This document shows positions 12,478 through 24,605 of a stretch of 64,000 nt of DNA, piece by piece. Position 1 is the stretch's first letter. The number at the start of each line of letters is the position of its first letter. The stretch spans positions 57,474,001 to 57,538,000 of the forward strand of contig NC_043005.1 of assembly GCF_006345805.1 (NCBI RefSeq), written 5' to 3'. The notes below the pieces were generated by a model. The model did not search any database. It had not been told where the DNA came from and saw only the letters and a program-made list of their open reading frames with translations. Source of the DNA: Octopus sinensis (taxonomy: Eukaryota). The translations under genes were made by a program, and so were the position numbers.

Positions 12478-12705
12478 GTTAATCCAAACAAGAAAGCCCA
12501 AAAAAACACAACAACGCAAGGACGTGGAACAAATACAGTATTATTGGACGCTCAGGAAAGAAGGAAAGAAGGAGGGTTTAACGTTTCGAGCGGAGCTCTT
12601 CGTCGGAAACATAGGAGAAGGAAAGATCCAGAGAAGGGAAAACAGAGGAAAAAAAAATCGCCAACGGTACACACGCGGTCACACTTTGAATGACCCAGGA
12701 ATAGG
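12478..12705 (-). mobile_element. pLTR-like mini-element with hammerhead motif, abutting (TA)n
   Basis: Shares cgctcaggaa and acgtttcgag..gctcttcg layout with 24606-24800. Confidence 0.6.
12576..12610 (-). ncRNA. Minimal hammerhead motif (U4C variant, one extra A)
   Basis: GTTT-CCGACGA-A-GAGC-TCC-GCTC-GAAA-CG-TT-AAAC; perfect stems I and II. Confidence 0.6.
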
Positions 12706-12805
12706 GGGTGGCGTGGAATATATAAGAACGATATTATTCCTAAAAGTAACGTCAGTGGCCGCGAGCTTGAAAGCCGCATCGGCGAATTAATAATTGTATA
12801 TAAAA

Positions 12806-13315
12806 CTAGCTTAAAGTGACCCGCTCCACGCGCGGATGAGGGAATGGTTGTTGCATTCTGTTGCTTCCTTTCTGTTTCTTATCGTCACATTCTCCCACTT
12901 TGTTTCTCTCTCCTTTCTCTCTCACTTTACCACTCTCTTACTCTTCCTTTCTCTCGGACTCTCCCTCGCTTTCTCATACTCTCTATTTTTCTCTATCTAT
13001 CTCTCTCCCATTTATAAAAAAATTAAATTTCCGCGCTTAAATTACAAATCCGCTTCCACTTTACCATGTTGAAAATTTGATTGAAATCGGGCAAAAGGTG
13101 TCAAATCTAGACCCCCAAGTGTCCCCCCCCAAATCAATAAAATCACTGTTTTCACACCAAAGCAACCACTGTAGCGTCCCCAAAACCTCTCCCAATCAAT
13201 TTCTCACCCCAAGTTACCCCCTCCTGTGAATTTTAATCCCCTTCCAGCCCCATGTAGACTCCGTTTTACATAAAAATCCAATTTGTATCAACGTCCGCCT
13301 TCTTCAATTTATAGA
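12806..13315 (-). mobile_element. Non-autonomous Helitron (unit Y)
   Basis: 5' TC at 13315; CCGCGCGTGGAGCGG hairpin plus CTAG|T at 12806; homologous to 46094-46783. Confidence 0.75.
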
Positions 13316-13551
13316 TTAGACATATATATCCGGCCTTGCTCGGGATTAGAATAGTTTATTATTGTTTTACTTGTTCCGGTATTATAACCCGATTTCATTC
13401 GGGTCTACGCGGGCCGCATTTTAGAAGATGAGGAGTTTTGCCCTAGAGACCATACCTTTCAATTGAGCAACTCAATGTTGCCATGCAAACTCGCTAACAC
13501 TTTTAACATAGGTGTGCATATTTTCAGCTCATTCCGACCACTATGCATATA

Positions 13552-13607
<56 letters not shown>

Positions 13608-14010
13608 GCATTAAATATTACATATATACGCATTATATTACATGTCTACACACACATATATATATGTATACACATTATATATATATATATATTTATATAC
13701 ACACATATATATATAAATTAACACAATATATCTGATTAATAATATCTGTTATGATTGTGCGGTGGTGGTGGGCGATAATTCACCCTTCTAAAAGACCTGT
13801 GGTGGGAATATTTAAACTGTTGCGGTTGTCAACCCTTTCTATCTATAGATACAGACAGACGTACAGTGAGAGAGATGGTGGAAGAAAGAGTGACAGAGAG
13901 ACGCGAAGCTGTCAAACGTCGTTATAGAGAGAAATTGGAGGGAAGGGAGGAAAGAGAGAGACGGAGGAAGACAGGCAGTTATGCGAAAGTGAGAAACGAC
14001 AAACACTTAT
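13316..14010 (-). mobile_element. Non-autonomous Helitron (unit X)
   Basis: 3' hairpin CCCGAGCAAGGCCGG plus CTAA at 13319-13316; 13381-13530 homologous to 45937-46086; 5' end unclear. Confidence 0.65.
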
Positions 14011-14074
14011 ATAAGTGTGTGTTATAAAATATTATTATTATTATCATTTGCAGATTTGTGAAAATCCACACTGC

Positions 14075-14122
<48 letters not shown>

Positions 14123-14137
14123 GCAGTGTGGATTTTC

Positions 14138-14170
<33 letters not shown>

Positions 14171-14415
14171 TATATATAATAAAGCAGTGTGGATTTTCAC
14201 AAATCTGCAAATGATAATAATAATAATATTTTATACACACACTTTGTTATATATATATATATATATATATATTATATTATTGTATTGATAATATACACTT
14301 TAACCGTCTTGAATTTTAGCGCTTGCTTATCAACAGTTTTTTTTTGTTTTTCATGAACTTTCTAAACTCATTAATTTCAAGGCAGGTTATCTTTTTAATC
14401 TTGAGTAGTGGTGGA

Positions 14416-14463
14416 GGCCTCTGACGAGAAACGAGATCAAGTTTCGAAATACGTTATAAGGTT
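14416..14463 (+). ncRNA. Minimal type-I hammerhead ribozyme, canonical core
   Basis: GGCCT-CTGACGA-GAAAC-gagatcaa-GTTTC-GAAA-TA-cgt-TAT-A-AGGTT; predicted AUA cleavage after 14458. Confidence 0.75.
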
Positions 14464-14687
14464 TTGTCCAACTATTTCATTCTGTGAGTTTATCTCCCAA
14501 GGGAAAAAAATCGTTTTGTTTGCTGTGCCCGAATCCCGTAAATATCATGATGTTAGTGTTTTTAGTGGCTTTCCGAGTTAAATTTTAACTCTCATTTCTA
14601 GCAATCACCCTCATTTATTAATTTCTTTTTGGTTTTTGATTGCTAACGAGCCACCTATATAAAAATGTATTTAATATATATTAATAT

Positions 14688-15605
14688 TGTTACGGAGATG
14701 AAATTAACAGGGGAACATTATGCCCTAGTTCCGTTGGTTGGAGTTGAGCCGTCGGGAAAAATAAAAAAAAACTATCTTTTGTCCTGCCAACGGCAAGTGA
14801 AATTAATGAGTTTAGAAAGTTAACTCTGATCCCGACGGTCAGGGAAAGGTTATAAAAAAATAAAAATGCCACCCTGTAAAATGCGACGGACTGGTGTTAG
14901 AGGGTCAGGCAGCGAAGGGCCGGAAAAGGGTTCAGTTGGGGAGAGGCGGCGAGTCGATGCGGACAGCCAGCCAAGAGATGATGACGGCGAGAGACAGACA
15001 GGGACGAGAGACGGTCAGTAGGGAAATGAATAATTGTAGTAGGAGCTGAAATTGTTGCAGACTCGGAACGTGCCGGTAATGTTTTTGATGGATTTGTGTT
15101 TTTATTTGTGATTTGAATTACGATGTTTGAAAAAGAGACTCTGTGACATAAACTGTAATCTGTTGAAAAGAAAAGGAAAAAAAAGAAAGAACTTGTAAAT
15201 GTTTAAAAAAAACTCCAGAAAGACCGATGAAAAGGAAAGAAAGAGGAATCTTTGAGGACGAACTCTCGGTGTAAGAAAAGAAAGAATAGAAAAGAAAAGA
15301 GAAAGACTATTTGTTGTGATTCTGTATTGTGTTGCATGTCAACCATTTGATTTGGTTAATCGAACAGTTGTGTTACGTTTAAATGTATTTGAAATGCTTT
15401 AATTGATTTTGTGAATTATATAAATTGATGTTAAATTGTACGTTGCCTCCGCTGTCTCTCTCCTTTGTTGTTGTTGTTGTCTTCGGTTTCTGGCTTGCGT
15501 TCGCTGCTCACCTCCGCTTTATGTGGTGGATTTCCGTTTGACTGAGCGTAGTCGTCGTCGTCGCCGACTTAGGGTCCTGAGTTGAGTTGAGCGACGGTCG
15601 TAACA
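14688..15605. mobile_element. Solo LTR (Ty3/gypsy-like), 918 bp
   Basis: TGTTACG...CGTAACA termini; ATAT target-site duplication. Confidence 0.75.
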
Positions 15606-15639
15606 ATATATTAACATACCATTATAATATATTGTATTG

Positions 15640-15690
<51 letters not shown>

Positions 15691-16346
15691 TTATATGTAT
15701 ATATATATTTATATGTATATATAATTGTATATATATATATATATTTATTTATATATACACACTCATACGTACACACCTATATACATGCGTACACATATAT
15801 ATACTTACATACGTACGTACATACATACATATATGCATACCAACATACATACATACATACATATACTAGCAGCATAGACCGGCGTTGCCCGGGTATGTAA
15901 GAAACTTTGTCGATAAGCATGCCCTTTACCTTTTTACCCTTTTTTGTACTCATTGGACCGTTATTTTGTAAAATGAAGCCTAAAAGGCATTAAGGCATTC
16001 AAGGCACCGTTCCCTTGCATGCATGAAGAAAAACTATGACAGTCAAAGTGCATTTTCTGGTTTTGTTTAGCACACCCAAACCAGTTCTGCGGGATCAGTG
16101 TCGCGACGGAAACGCATGGGCTGGGAGTTTGACTGGCAGAGGTGATAAGGTTGCACATGCCGGCCCTTTTGACACCGCCCCCCCCCCAACCCAAGTTGGG
16201 TTCGGGCCACAGCTAAGCCCTATCTAATCCTACCATAAGTATAGCGAAAGGGGGCTCGGGAGCCTCTTGTAGGCAACGACTAACCTCGATCTAGTCCTTT
16301 CGCTTTAGGGAACAAAGGCGCATGTGTAGGCTGCAACGTCTTCTCT

Positions 16347-17163
16347 TCACTCCAATACTTCTGTGTATACGACGTTCCTAGCCGTCCCTTTGGGCGAAAA
16401 CATGAACACATCATTGCGCCTCCCAACGCGTGAACAGCCCATGTAGAGATGACCGTGGGCGAAGCACTGTTCGCCCAAATGTAACCCAGCGACTTGTAGC
16501 GTTTGGCCTTGGGATTTATTGATGGACATTGCAAAGCAGAGTTTAACAGGAAACTGAGAACGCCTGAAGTGGATTGGTAGGTCATCGCCCGACGGTTGAA
16601 GGTGCATGCGTGGAATGAAGACGTCCTCTCCCTTCCCACAACCGGTAAGTATTGTGGCCGTTATTAAATGTGGTGCCAAATGTTTCACAACCAGACGTGT
16701 GCCATTGCACTGTTTAGGTGGAACCAAATTCCTGATGAGCATAATGGGCGCACCGACTTTTAACTTCAGGATGTGTGGCGGCAGGCCTGGCGGTTCAAGT
16801 GAATTCAGGAATTCAACGGGATAATCGGCAAGCTCGGCGGGGTCTGCTGTCCTATCTATAGATTTGTAGACAATGGACATCACCATGAATAGCTTCAAGT
16901 AGCTGGATATTGATGGAGTTGACGGTTGTATTTTTGGGTGCGAGAATAGCTCTGCCTGCCAGCCATTTTAGGTCGCGTAAATTGTTTTGTAGCTCGTGGA
17001 AGACAGCGTACCGGAGGCTAGCAGGGGTGTCGAAAGTGGTGCAAAGTGAGTCCAATTGAACGCAGCCGTCCGCATCAGCCGGCATCCTGTTTTCACCGAG
17101 CGATAAAAGGTCCCTGGAGAAGGCAGCGGATCCGCGGTCACCAATCAACAGCGCGCGCATGTT
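16347..17163 (-). pseudogene. Helitron PIF1-family helicase C-terminal half, frameshift near 16870
   Basis: [69 protein letters not shown]. Confidence 0.9.
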
Positions 17164-17841
17164 ATGTTTGCGGCGTTAGCAGTTTGGTGAGCTCTCCTCT
17201 GTTGTGGTGTTTCGGCAGATCGGGCCATGGCTGTGTTTGTGGCGTCAGCAGCTTGGCGAGCTCTACTCTGTTGAGGTGTTTTGGCAGATCGAGCCGTGGC
17301 TGTGTTTGCGGCGTCAGCAGCTTGGCGAGCTCTACTCTGTTGAGGTGTTTTGGCAGATCGAGCCGTGGCTGTTTGCGGCGTCAACAGCTTGGCGAGCTCT
17401 CTTCTGTTGAGGTGTTTCGGCAGATCGGGCCATGGCTGTGTTTGCGGTGTCAGCAGCTTGGCGTGTTCTCCTCTGCTGTGGGGTTTCGACAGATCATGTC
17501 CTGGCGGTGCTTGCGGCATTAGCCGCATTCCGAATGGCCCTTTGTTCGGGGTTCTCGCAAGCTCTGCGGATGGAAGCACAGGAAGAAGCCCGCATGTTTT
17601 GGCTGGACTGTTGCTCTTTCATCAACCTCGATCGGAGGGAAGATCTGTACGCTGCGACCCTTGCAAGTCGGGTAGAACGGTCTCTAGTAGTTTCAGATGC
17701 CTGAGCAGCGGCAGAATTGGAAGCTTTTTGCGAGAGGCGCAAGGCGGTTTCCTCGTGAGTCTCGCGTGCTCTTCTAGCCCTAGCAGCCGATGCCTTGGCC
17801 GTCCGAGGGCTGAGGAGGGTCCTTCTCTCCTTGGGTGGCAT
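17164..17841 (-). pseudogene. Helitron RepHel N-terminal Ala/Arg-rich region with 69-bp (23-aa) tandem repeats
   Basis: MPPK.. start at 17841; about 4 copies of ATARSAKTPQQSRARQAADAANT; frameshifted. Confidence 0.65.
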
Positions 17842-18563
17842 TTTGGTGGATAGCAATGTGTTTGGCAAAGGTGTAATAAAAAGGAGCACGTGGGGTAGGT
17901 ATCCCAAAATATATAAAAATGTGCAAAAACGGAAAAAAAGCGGGCAGCAATGTGAGTGACAACAACGAAAAAGCGAAAAGTGACCGAACTGAACAAAGGA
18001 ATGGAAAAGGTTTTTTGGTGCACACGACAAAAGCGGCTTATAATTAACCAAGAGTTTGCAAGTAGCGTCCGAGGACCCTTAGGGTACGTCAAAAATTTAA
18101 GGTAATATGTTTGGGGTAGTAGTTATAAAGAAAGTTTAAACAAAAAAAGTATTCGAATAACTTGCGGCTGCAGCAGCGATTAGCAGAAATAGGCCAACGT
18201 ATGAAGCGAGCGGGTGTGAACCGAGAGAAGAAGTGGGAGTCACAAACTATACGCGCAAAACTGAGTGTGTCAGTGTATGTGATTGGCCAAAGGGTGTTTA
18301 ATTGAGAGCATTGTTCACCGTTTGGGGAGTCAATAGGAAGAGCTGCAATCATCGTGTCAAGGACACGCGCGCACGTGCGCACACAACTGCAAACGCATCT
18401 ACAGCCCAACATTGCTCGAATTTGAAGCAACACATAATTATACAAACTTATGATGGATAATGTCTGTTGTTAAAGAAACGAAGATATTCCTTTCCGTTTC
18501 CTATTTCTACAGGCGCATTTTTACATCCGGTCTTCGTGTACATAAATTATGTACACACACACG

Positions 18564-18617
<54 letters not shown>

Positions 18618-18621
<4 letters not shown>

Positions 18622-19296
18622 CAGCTAAGCCGGGTTTTACTCGGCCGGTTTGGATGATGGGGCTGTAAAACCTGTTCTGTGTAAGCATTCAACTTGTTTG
18701 GACACGCTTACGTTAAAAAACAATTTTAGAATTACTTTTTTCTGTCAAAACGCTAAAAATAACTAACCAAAAAGAAAAATGCAACCAAGATTCAACCAAA
18801 TCAAAAAATAAACCCAAATACTAAGCGCACAAAGACGAACCATCCCACTTCCATTGCGCGCGCACACGCACACACACACACATTCACATACTCCCCTTTT
18901 TCATACACACACATATATTCACAAAGAGTTTAAACGCTGTTTGATTTATTTTTTTCTGTGTACAATTTTCATCATCCCACTACCAATTATGACATAACCC
19001 CTTCCTTATTATTATAGTAGATTATCTAGGTAACCATAGAAGGTATGAAAAAATATGACATCACCCCTTCCATCCTTATACATTTATCACTCCTTCCTTT
19101 CTCATTCATAAAGACAAGAGTATTATTATAGTAGATTATCACGGTAACCATGGGAGCTATGAAAAAATACAAAGCTCAGTAACACTACCGGATCATTCTA
19201 CACATCTGTGTAATTTTTCGCGCAATTGCACCCAGCCGTTTGAGCGTGAATCCCAAGACAAGAAAGAATCGCCCATGTCAAATTTATATGTATAGA
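18618..19296 (-). mobile_element. Non-autonomous Helitron, complete
   Basis: A|TCTATACATATAAA at 19296; hairpin 18629-18645 plus CTAG|T at 18618. Confidence 0.75.
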
Positions 19297-19308
19297 TATA
19301 CAGAGAGG

Positions 19309-19309
<1 letters not shown>

Positions 19310-19340
<31 letters not shown>

Positions 19341-19488
19341 TAAAAAGAGAGTGTGAGAGAGAGAGAGAGTGAGATAGAGAGAGAGTTTTAGAGAGAGAGA
19401 GAGAGAAAGAGAGAGAGATAGAGAGAGAGAGAGATAAAAAGAGAGTGTGAGAGAGAGAGAGAGTGAGATAGAGAGAGAGTTTGAGAGA

Positions 19489-19555
<67 letters not shown>
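19310..19555. repeat. (GA)n microsatellite
   Basis: Direct reading. Confidence 0.95.
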
Positions 19556-19559
<4 letters not shown>

Positions 19560-19795
19560 TAAAGGCAGAGATAAACAGACAGACATTCAGAGACGCTCAA
19601 ATTTAGTCTGTGGAGTAGAAATTTCTTATACATATTCTTATTTACAAAGTTATAGCTTCCAAGATATTACATACACACAAACACACATCACATACATTCA
19701 TATACATGCGCCCACACTTTCTCTGTCGTTTATGCACACACACACTCACATTCTCTCGCTTATACACACACACACACGCACGCACATAAACACAC

Positions 19796-19837
<42 letters not shown>

Positions 19838-20398
19838 GGTGGCTAGAAGCAATTTAAAACCAAAACGGAAAAATTTTACAGTCGCTAAAAGTGACTAAGT
19901 GTGTAAGGCAGTATCAGCTTTGTTAGAAACAAGAGTCAAAGGAGTCACGAACAAAGCACAGTTCTATTTACTGATAAGGGAGACAACCTCCCCACCGCAA
20001 GCGTGGGTGGGCATCAGAGTAGTACCCATATTTCGTATGAAGTTAATGCCCATCGTTGATGCTACTCCATCGCTGGTGGTGAAGCTGAATTCCACTTGTC
20101 AGTATTTGTAGAATTTACCATTGGAATCAATCGCTGATTCAGCAATATGCTAATGTGAAAATGGTTAAGGTGGCAAGACGTAATTTAAAACCAAAAAGGA
20201 AAAAATTTAGCACAGGGTTCTGGGAACAGTAGAATGATTGCGCTATAGAATTAAATTCTTATTCGTCCTTAATCTCTGATCAAACTCCACCGGGGTTTAT
20301 AATCATTATAGTCGCATTATAGTTATACCATTTAGCTGTCTTCAGTTTTAGAACGGCAGTAGAATTAGCCCTCCGCAGGAGTCAGCTTAAAAGTGCGC

Positions 20399-20421
20399 GC
20401 CGAGTACGGCTTTTAAGCTAG
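20399..20421 (+). mobile_element. Isolated Helitron-like 3' terminus
   Basis: GCCG-AGTA-CGGC hairpin, then ttttaagCTAG|T, resembling the unit Y end. Confidence 0.45.
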
Positions 20422-20689
20422 TTTATAATACAAGATTGAGTTTTCTTATTGGCAAAAAGAAAAAAAAAATCATCGCCAAATATAACAATATACATACATA
20501 CGTCCGTACATACACACTTATATATTACATACTTACACACATGCATATACATATACACACATGTATATATAAATAATTATGAGCTATTAATAGCTTCGTG
20601 TATTGGAGACGCTGTCTAGGCAGGTTCTAATAATACGCATAGTGTCTCCAAACAATATTTAGTCTCTGAGCATATGGCCTATATATATT

Positions 20690-21260
20690 TACAAATCAGG
20701 ACAATTACGAGAAATTACGAGAAAAAAAGCGAGAGGAAGGTGAATGCAAAAAGTAGAAAGATAAATAAAACGGAAAAAGAAAGGAAAAACTCTAAGAGAA
20801 TTATAGTTATCTTCCCTTTGATCATAAAGCCATAAAGCTAGTTGGTATAGAATAAACAGAAGGTGTCTACAGTCTGCGAAGCACTGGCTCAATCCGGAGA
20901 GGGTGGTATTCTCCAATTCGTCAAAAGAAACTTGTCTATATGTTTGCATTTGTTGAAAATTTCTGATCTGGAATTCAACAGTGCGGTGGAATTCTTCGAT
21001 CTAAAAAGGATGTGAAATCTTTTAGTTATGCAGAACTTGCATTTTTTATATCCATTAATATATAGTATAGATTTTTCTACGATTTTCCACTTGAGAGTAT
21101 GTGGCCTAGAGTTGGTGTTCAAACCCCATACGTGAATAGCCAACTTAGTATGTTTACATTCGTCTATGTGCCAGAAAGAAGAAAGGTGGTTAGAATAGCG
21201 TCTCTTGAAGTTTACCTTTAAGCTGTCATTTTCACTTAATAACTTCTTTTCTTTCAATGG
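20690..21260 (-). pseudogene. Penelope-like GIY-YIG endonuclease C-terminal fragment plus 3' region
   Basis: FKRRYSNH..SF..TKLAIHVW..KWKIVEK..KKCKFC..LLNSRSEIFNKCKH..KFLL. Confidence 0.8.
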
Positions 21261-22542
21261 TCATACTGAAACTCTATATGAAACGTTAGCTTTCTTGCCT
21301 ATTCCTTATTTAATTTTTCAGCTTTATCCAATTGATTTCTTGCTGACGTAGGCCGTCAGAGATTTTTTGGATTCTAGTGATTTTCATACAAATATATTTC
21401 CAGATAAGAAGAAACAAATTAATTCTTAAATGAAATACTGTATTCACCGGTGTATAAAACGCACTCTCGCATAAGACAACACCCTACTTTTTATATGCAA
21501 AAAGAAAAATATTTTATGCGTAAATAACAAATTTAGTATGTTCTTTCACAAACTCGTACGCTCGGTTTAGCATCCGTCGCATTAGATACACGACAATATT
21601 TTTGTTACATTTAAGAATTTTAAAAATGTACGTCTTATACACTCGTATGGGGTCTTCTTCCTGTTTAGGTCAAACATAGTTATACATAAATACATTGGTT
21701 AAAAATGAAATACAAACAATAATCACGAAGGAAGAAGAAATACACACGGACACACGCGTTTACACACACGCGCTTATAGACGTGAGTGAGTGAGCGAATG
21801 AGAGAGAGAAGAGAGAGAGAGGGGGTGAGAGAAAGATTGAAAGAAAGAGAGAGAGAGAGAGAGAGAAACATATACACAAAAACTGATGTTTGTAAAATGA
21901 TCTTCTAGAGCGGAAACTAGCAAAACAATTTACCAGGATGTAGAAACACTATAAAATACGTTTACTAACACTTGTATACATATACATATACACACGATAT
22001 ATGCTGATTAGAACTTACAAGACAATACCATATAGGTACACACACACATACACGCACGCTCACACATTTAACAAGTTTACAGACAAGCATACACACACAC
22101 AAACACAGACATACACACACACATTAACGCATACACACGCACACGCACACACACATTTAGCAAGTTTACAGACAAGCGTATATACACATATACACACACA
22201 CATACGCAGAGTTTTACACTCACACTATTTAGTTAAATGCAAGAATAAGGCAAAAATGATTAACGACGAAGCCCCATAAATAAGGAAATAGATGATAAAG
22301 GATTAAAAAAAAAAGAGAGACAATTTAAAACTTCAAATTATTTACTAATCTGTGAAAAATTATCGTTTCTAAATAAATCAACAAAAATGTCTGCATCTAT
22401 AGATTATCTTTATTTTGACAAAACGTAATGTTGAACGTTTTCGGTATAAATTATGTAACATTTTTGATGCATGCGTCAAATCTTTAAACTTCATTTCTCT
22501 GTGTATGGTACATAACATTTAACTTTCTTTATATGTTAAGTT

Positions 22543-22793
22543 TGGAGGCGCAATGGCACAGTGGTTAGGGCAGCGGACGCGCGGTCGGAAGATTGCGGTT
22601 TCGATTCCCAGACCAAGCGTTGTGTGTGTTTATTGAGCGAAAACACGAGGCTCCAGCACAGCTTTCTCTCACTCTCTGTTTCTTGAGTAACGCTGCGATG
22701 GACTGGCGTCCCGTTCAGCTGGGGGAACACAGAAACCGGGTAACCGGGCCCATGAACCTGGCTAGGCTTGAAAAGGGTTTAAGAGAGAGAGAG
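22543..22793 (+). mobile_element. SINE family C (tRNA head, V-domain-like gcgatggactggcgtcccg), full length
   Basis: 12-bp TSD ATATGTTAAGTT at 22531-22542 and 22794-22805; (GA)n tail. Confidence 0.9.
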
Positions 22794-22822
22794 ATATGTT
22801 AAGTTAAAATGGCACGTACATT

Positions 22823-23043
22823 ATACTGATTTCAAGTTTTGGTACAAGGCCAGAAATTCCGAGGGAGGGTTTATGTCGATTATATTGGCCCCAATGTTCC
22901 ATTGGTACTTATTTTATCGACCCCAAAACGATGATGGAAAAAGCTGACCTCGGTAGAATTTGAACTCAGAACGTAAAGACAGACGAGAAATGTCACTAGC
23001 ATTTTGCCTGGTGTCCAAGCAATTCTGCCAACTCACCGCCTTA
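22823..23043 (-). mobile_element. SINE family B
   Basis: Head and core motifs. Confidence 0.8.
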
Positions 23044-23059
23044 ATATATAACGTGTAAT

Positions 23060-23281
23060 TATTGATTTCAAATTATGGCATAAGGCCAGCAATTTCGGGG
23101 GAGGGAGCAAGGACGATTACATTAACTCCAGTCTTCTACTGCTACTTATTTTATGGACCCCGAAAAGATAAAAAGCAGTGTCAACTTCGGTAGAATTTGA
23201 ACTCAGGACGTGAAGACGGACGAAATGCCGCTAACCATTTTGCTTGGCATGCTAACGATTCTGCCAGCTCGCCGCCTTAAC
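23060..23281 (-). mobile_element. SINE family B
   Basis: Head and core motifs. Confidence 0.8.
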
Positions 23282-23407
23282 GTGTACTTTATACTGTGAA
23301 CTAAGTTAAGGTGGTGCGTACTTTATATATAAATCTTGCTAAACGTACTCCATATATCTAACATATGCAGTAGGGTGTACTTTATATACTCGAAACCAGA
23401 CAACTGC

Positions 23408-23438
23408 TGGTTTCAAAGTTTGGCACAAGGCCAATAAG

Positions 23439-23498
<60 letters not shown>

Positions 23499-23648
23499 TG
23501 GTGGGGGTAAATCGTTTACATCAACCTCAGTGCTCGGCTGCTACTTATTTCATAGACCCCAAGATGATTAAAGGCAAAGTCAACCTCGGCGGAATTTGGA
23601 CTCAAAACGTAAAGGTGGACGAAATGCCGCTAAGCATTTTGCCCGGCG
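23408..23648 (-). mobile_element. SINE family B with internal (GA)n expansion, head clipped
   Basis: Core motifs. Confidence 0.8.
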
Positions 23649-24170
23649 AAATTTATTTCGTAATTTAGGGCGTAATTTGTATCGTAAACATCTGAAGTAC
23701 GACCTAATTTATATATTAAATAACAAATATATTAAGCATCTAAGGTAGGACGTACTTTACATGCTAAACATGCAAGGGGTGGTGTACTTTATATATTAAA
23801 CAGCTAAAGTAGGATGGGTTTACTTTACATAATAAACAACCGAGGATGGGGAAATAATTTATAAAGCATCTAAGGTTGGTTGTACTTTATATGCTAATTA
23901 AAACTTAGGAGGAGCTGACTGTCATGCCATTACCAATTATATACCATAGGCTTGTTGAAACCTGATACTGATAACCATGTAATCTGGGAGTGTAAAGTAA
24001 TCAGAATTGCCAGCGGTTAAACAAATCTGCTACTGGGTTTATCTAATGAGACAACGGGCGAAGGCTGTGTGTACCTAGCAGTATTCTACAAAAGCCCGTC
24101 GAAGTGAGATAAGATCCTTGAGATCCTTGAGAGCCAACGAAGTCGTCTCCTAGATATGGGATGGGCGCCA

Positions 24171-24322
24171 CCAGGACTTATTCTTTGTGAGCCTAGTACT
24201 TATTCAATCGGTCTCTTTTGTCGAACCGCTAAGTTACGGAGACGTAAACACACCAACATTGGTTGTCAAGTGATGGTGGTGGGGACAAAAACAGCCACAG
24301 AAACACACACACACACACACAC

Positions 24323-24365
<43 letters not shown>

Positions 24366-24500
24366 ATACGACGGGCTTCTTTCAGTTTCCGTCTACCAAA
24401 TCCACTTACAAGGCTTTAGTCGGCCCGAGGCTATAGTAGAAGAAATTGCCTAAGGTGCCATGTAGTTGGCAAACAAGCATCTTACCACATAGTCACACCT
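24171..24500 (-). mobile_element. SINE family A, partial
   Basis: Colinear with family A copies. Confidence 0.8.
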
Positions 24501-24559
24501 GTATGCATATGTATACGTACATGTATATGTATATGTATATGGATATTATATTTATATGT

Positions 24560-24599
<40 letters not shown>

Positions 24600-24605
24600 A
24601 TATAT

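Larger units (their letters stand above)
15866..18100 (-). mobile_element. Internally deleted RepHel Helitron
   Basis: 3' hairpin at 15879-15893 plus CTAG|T at 15866; helicase and N-terminal ORF remnants; 5' end not located. Confidence 0.85.
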
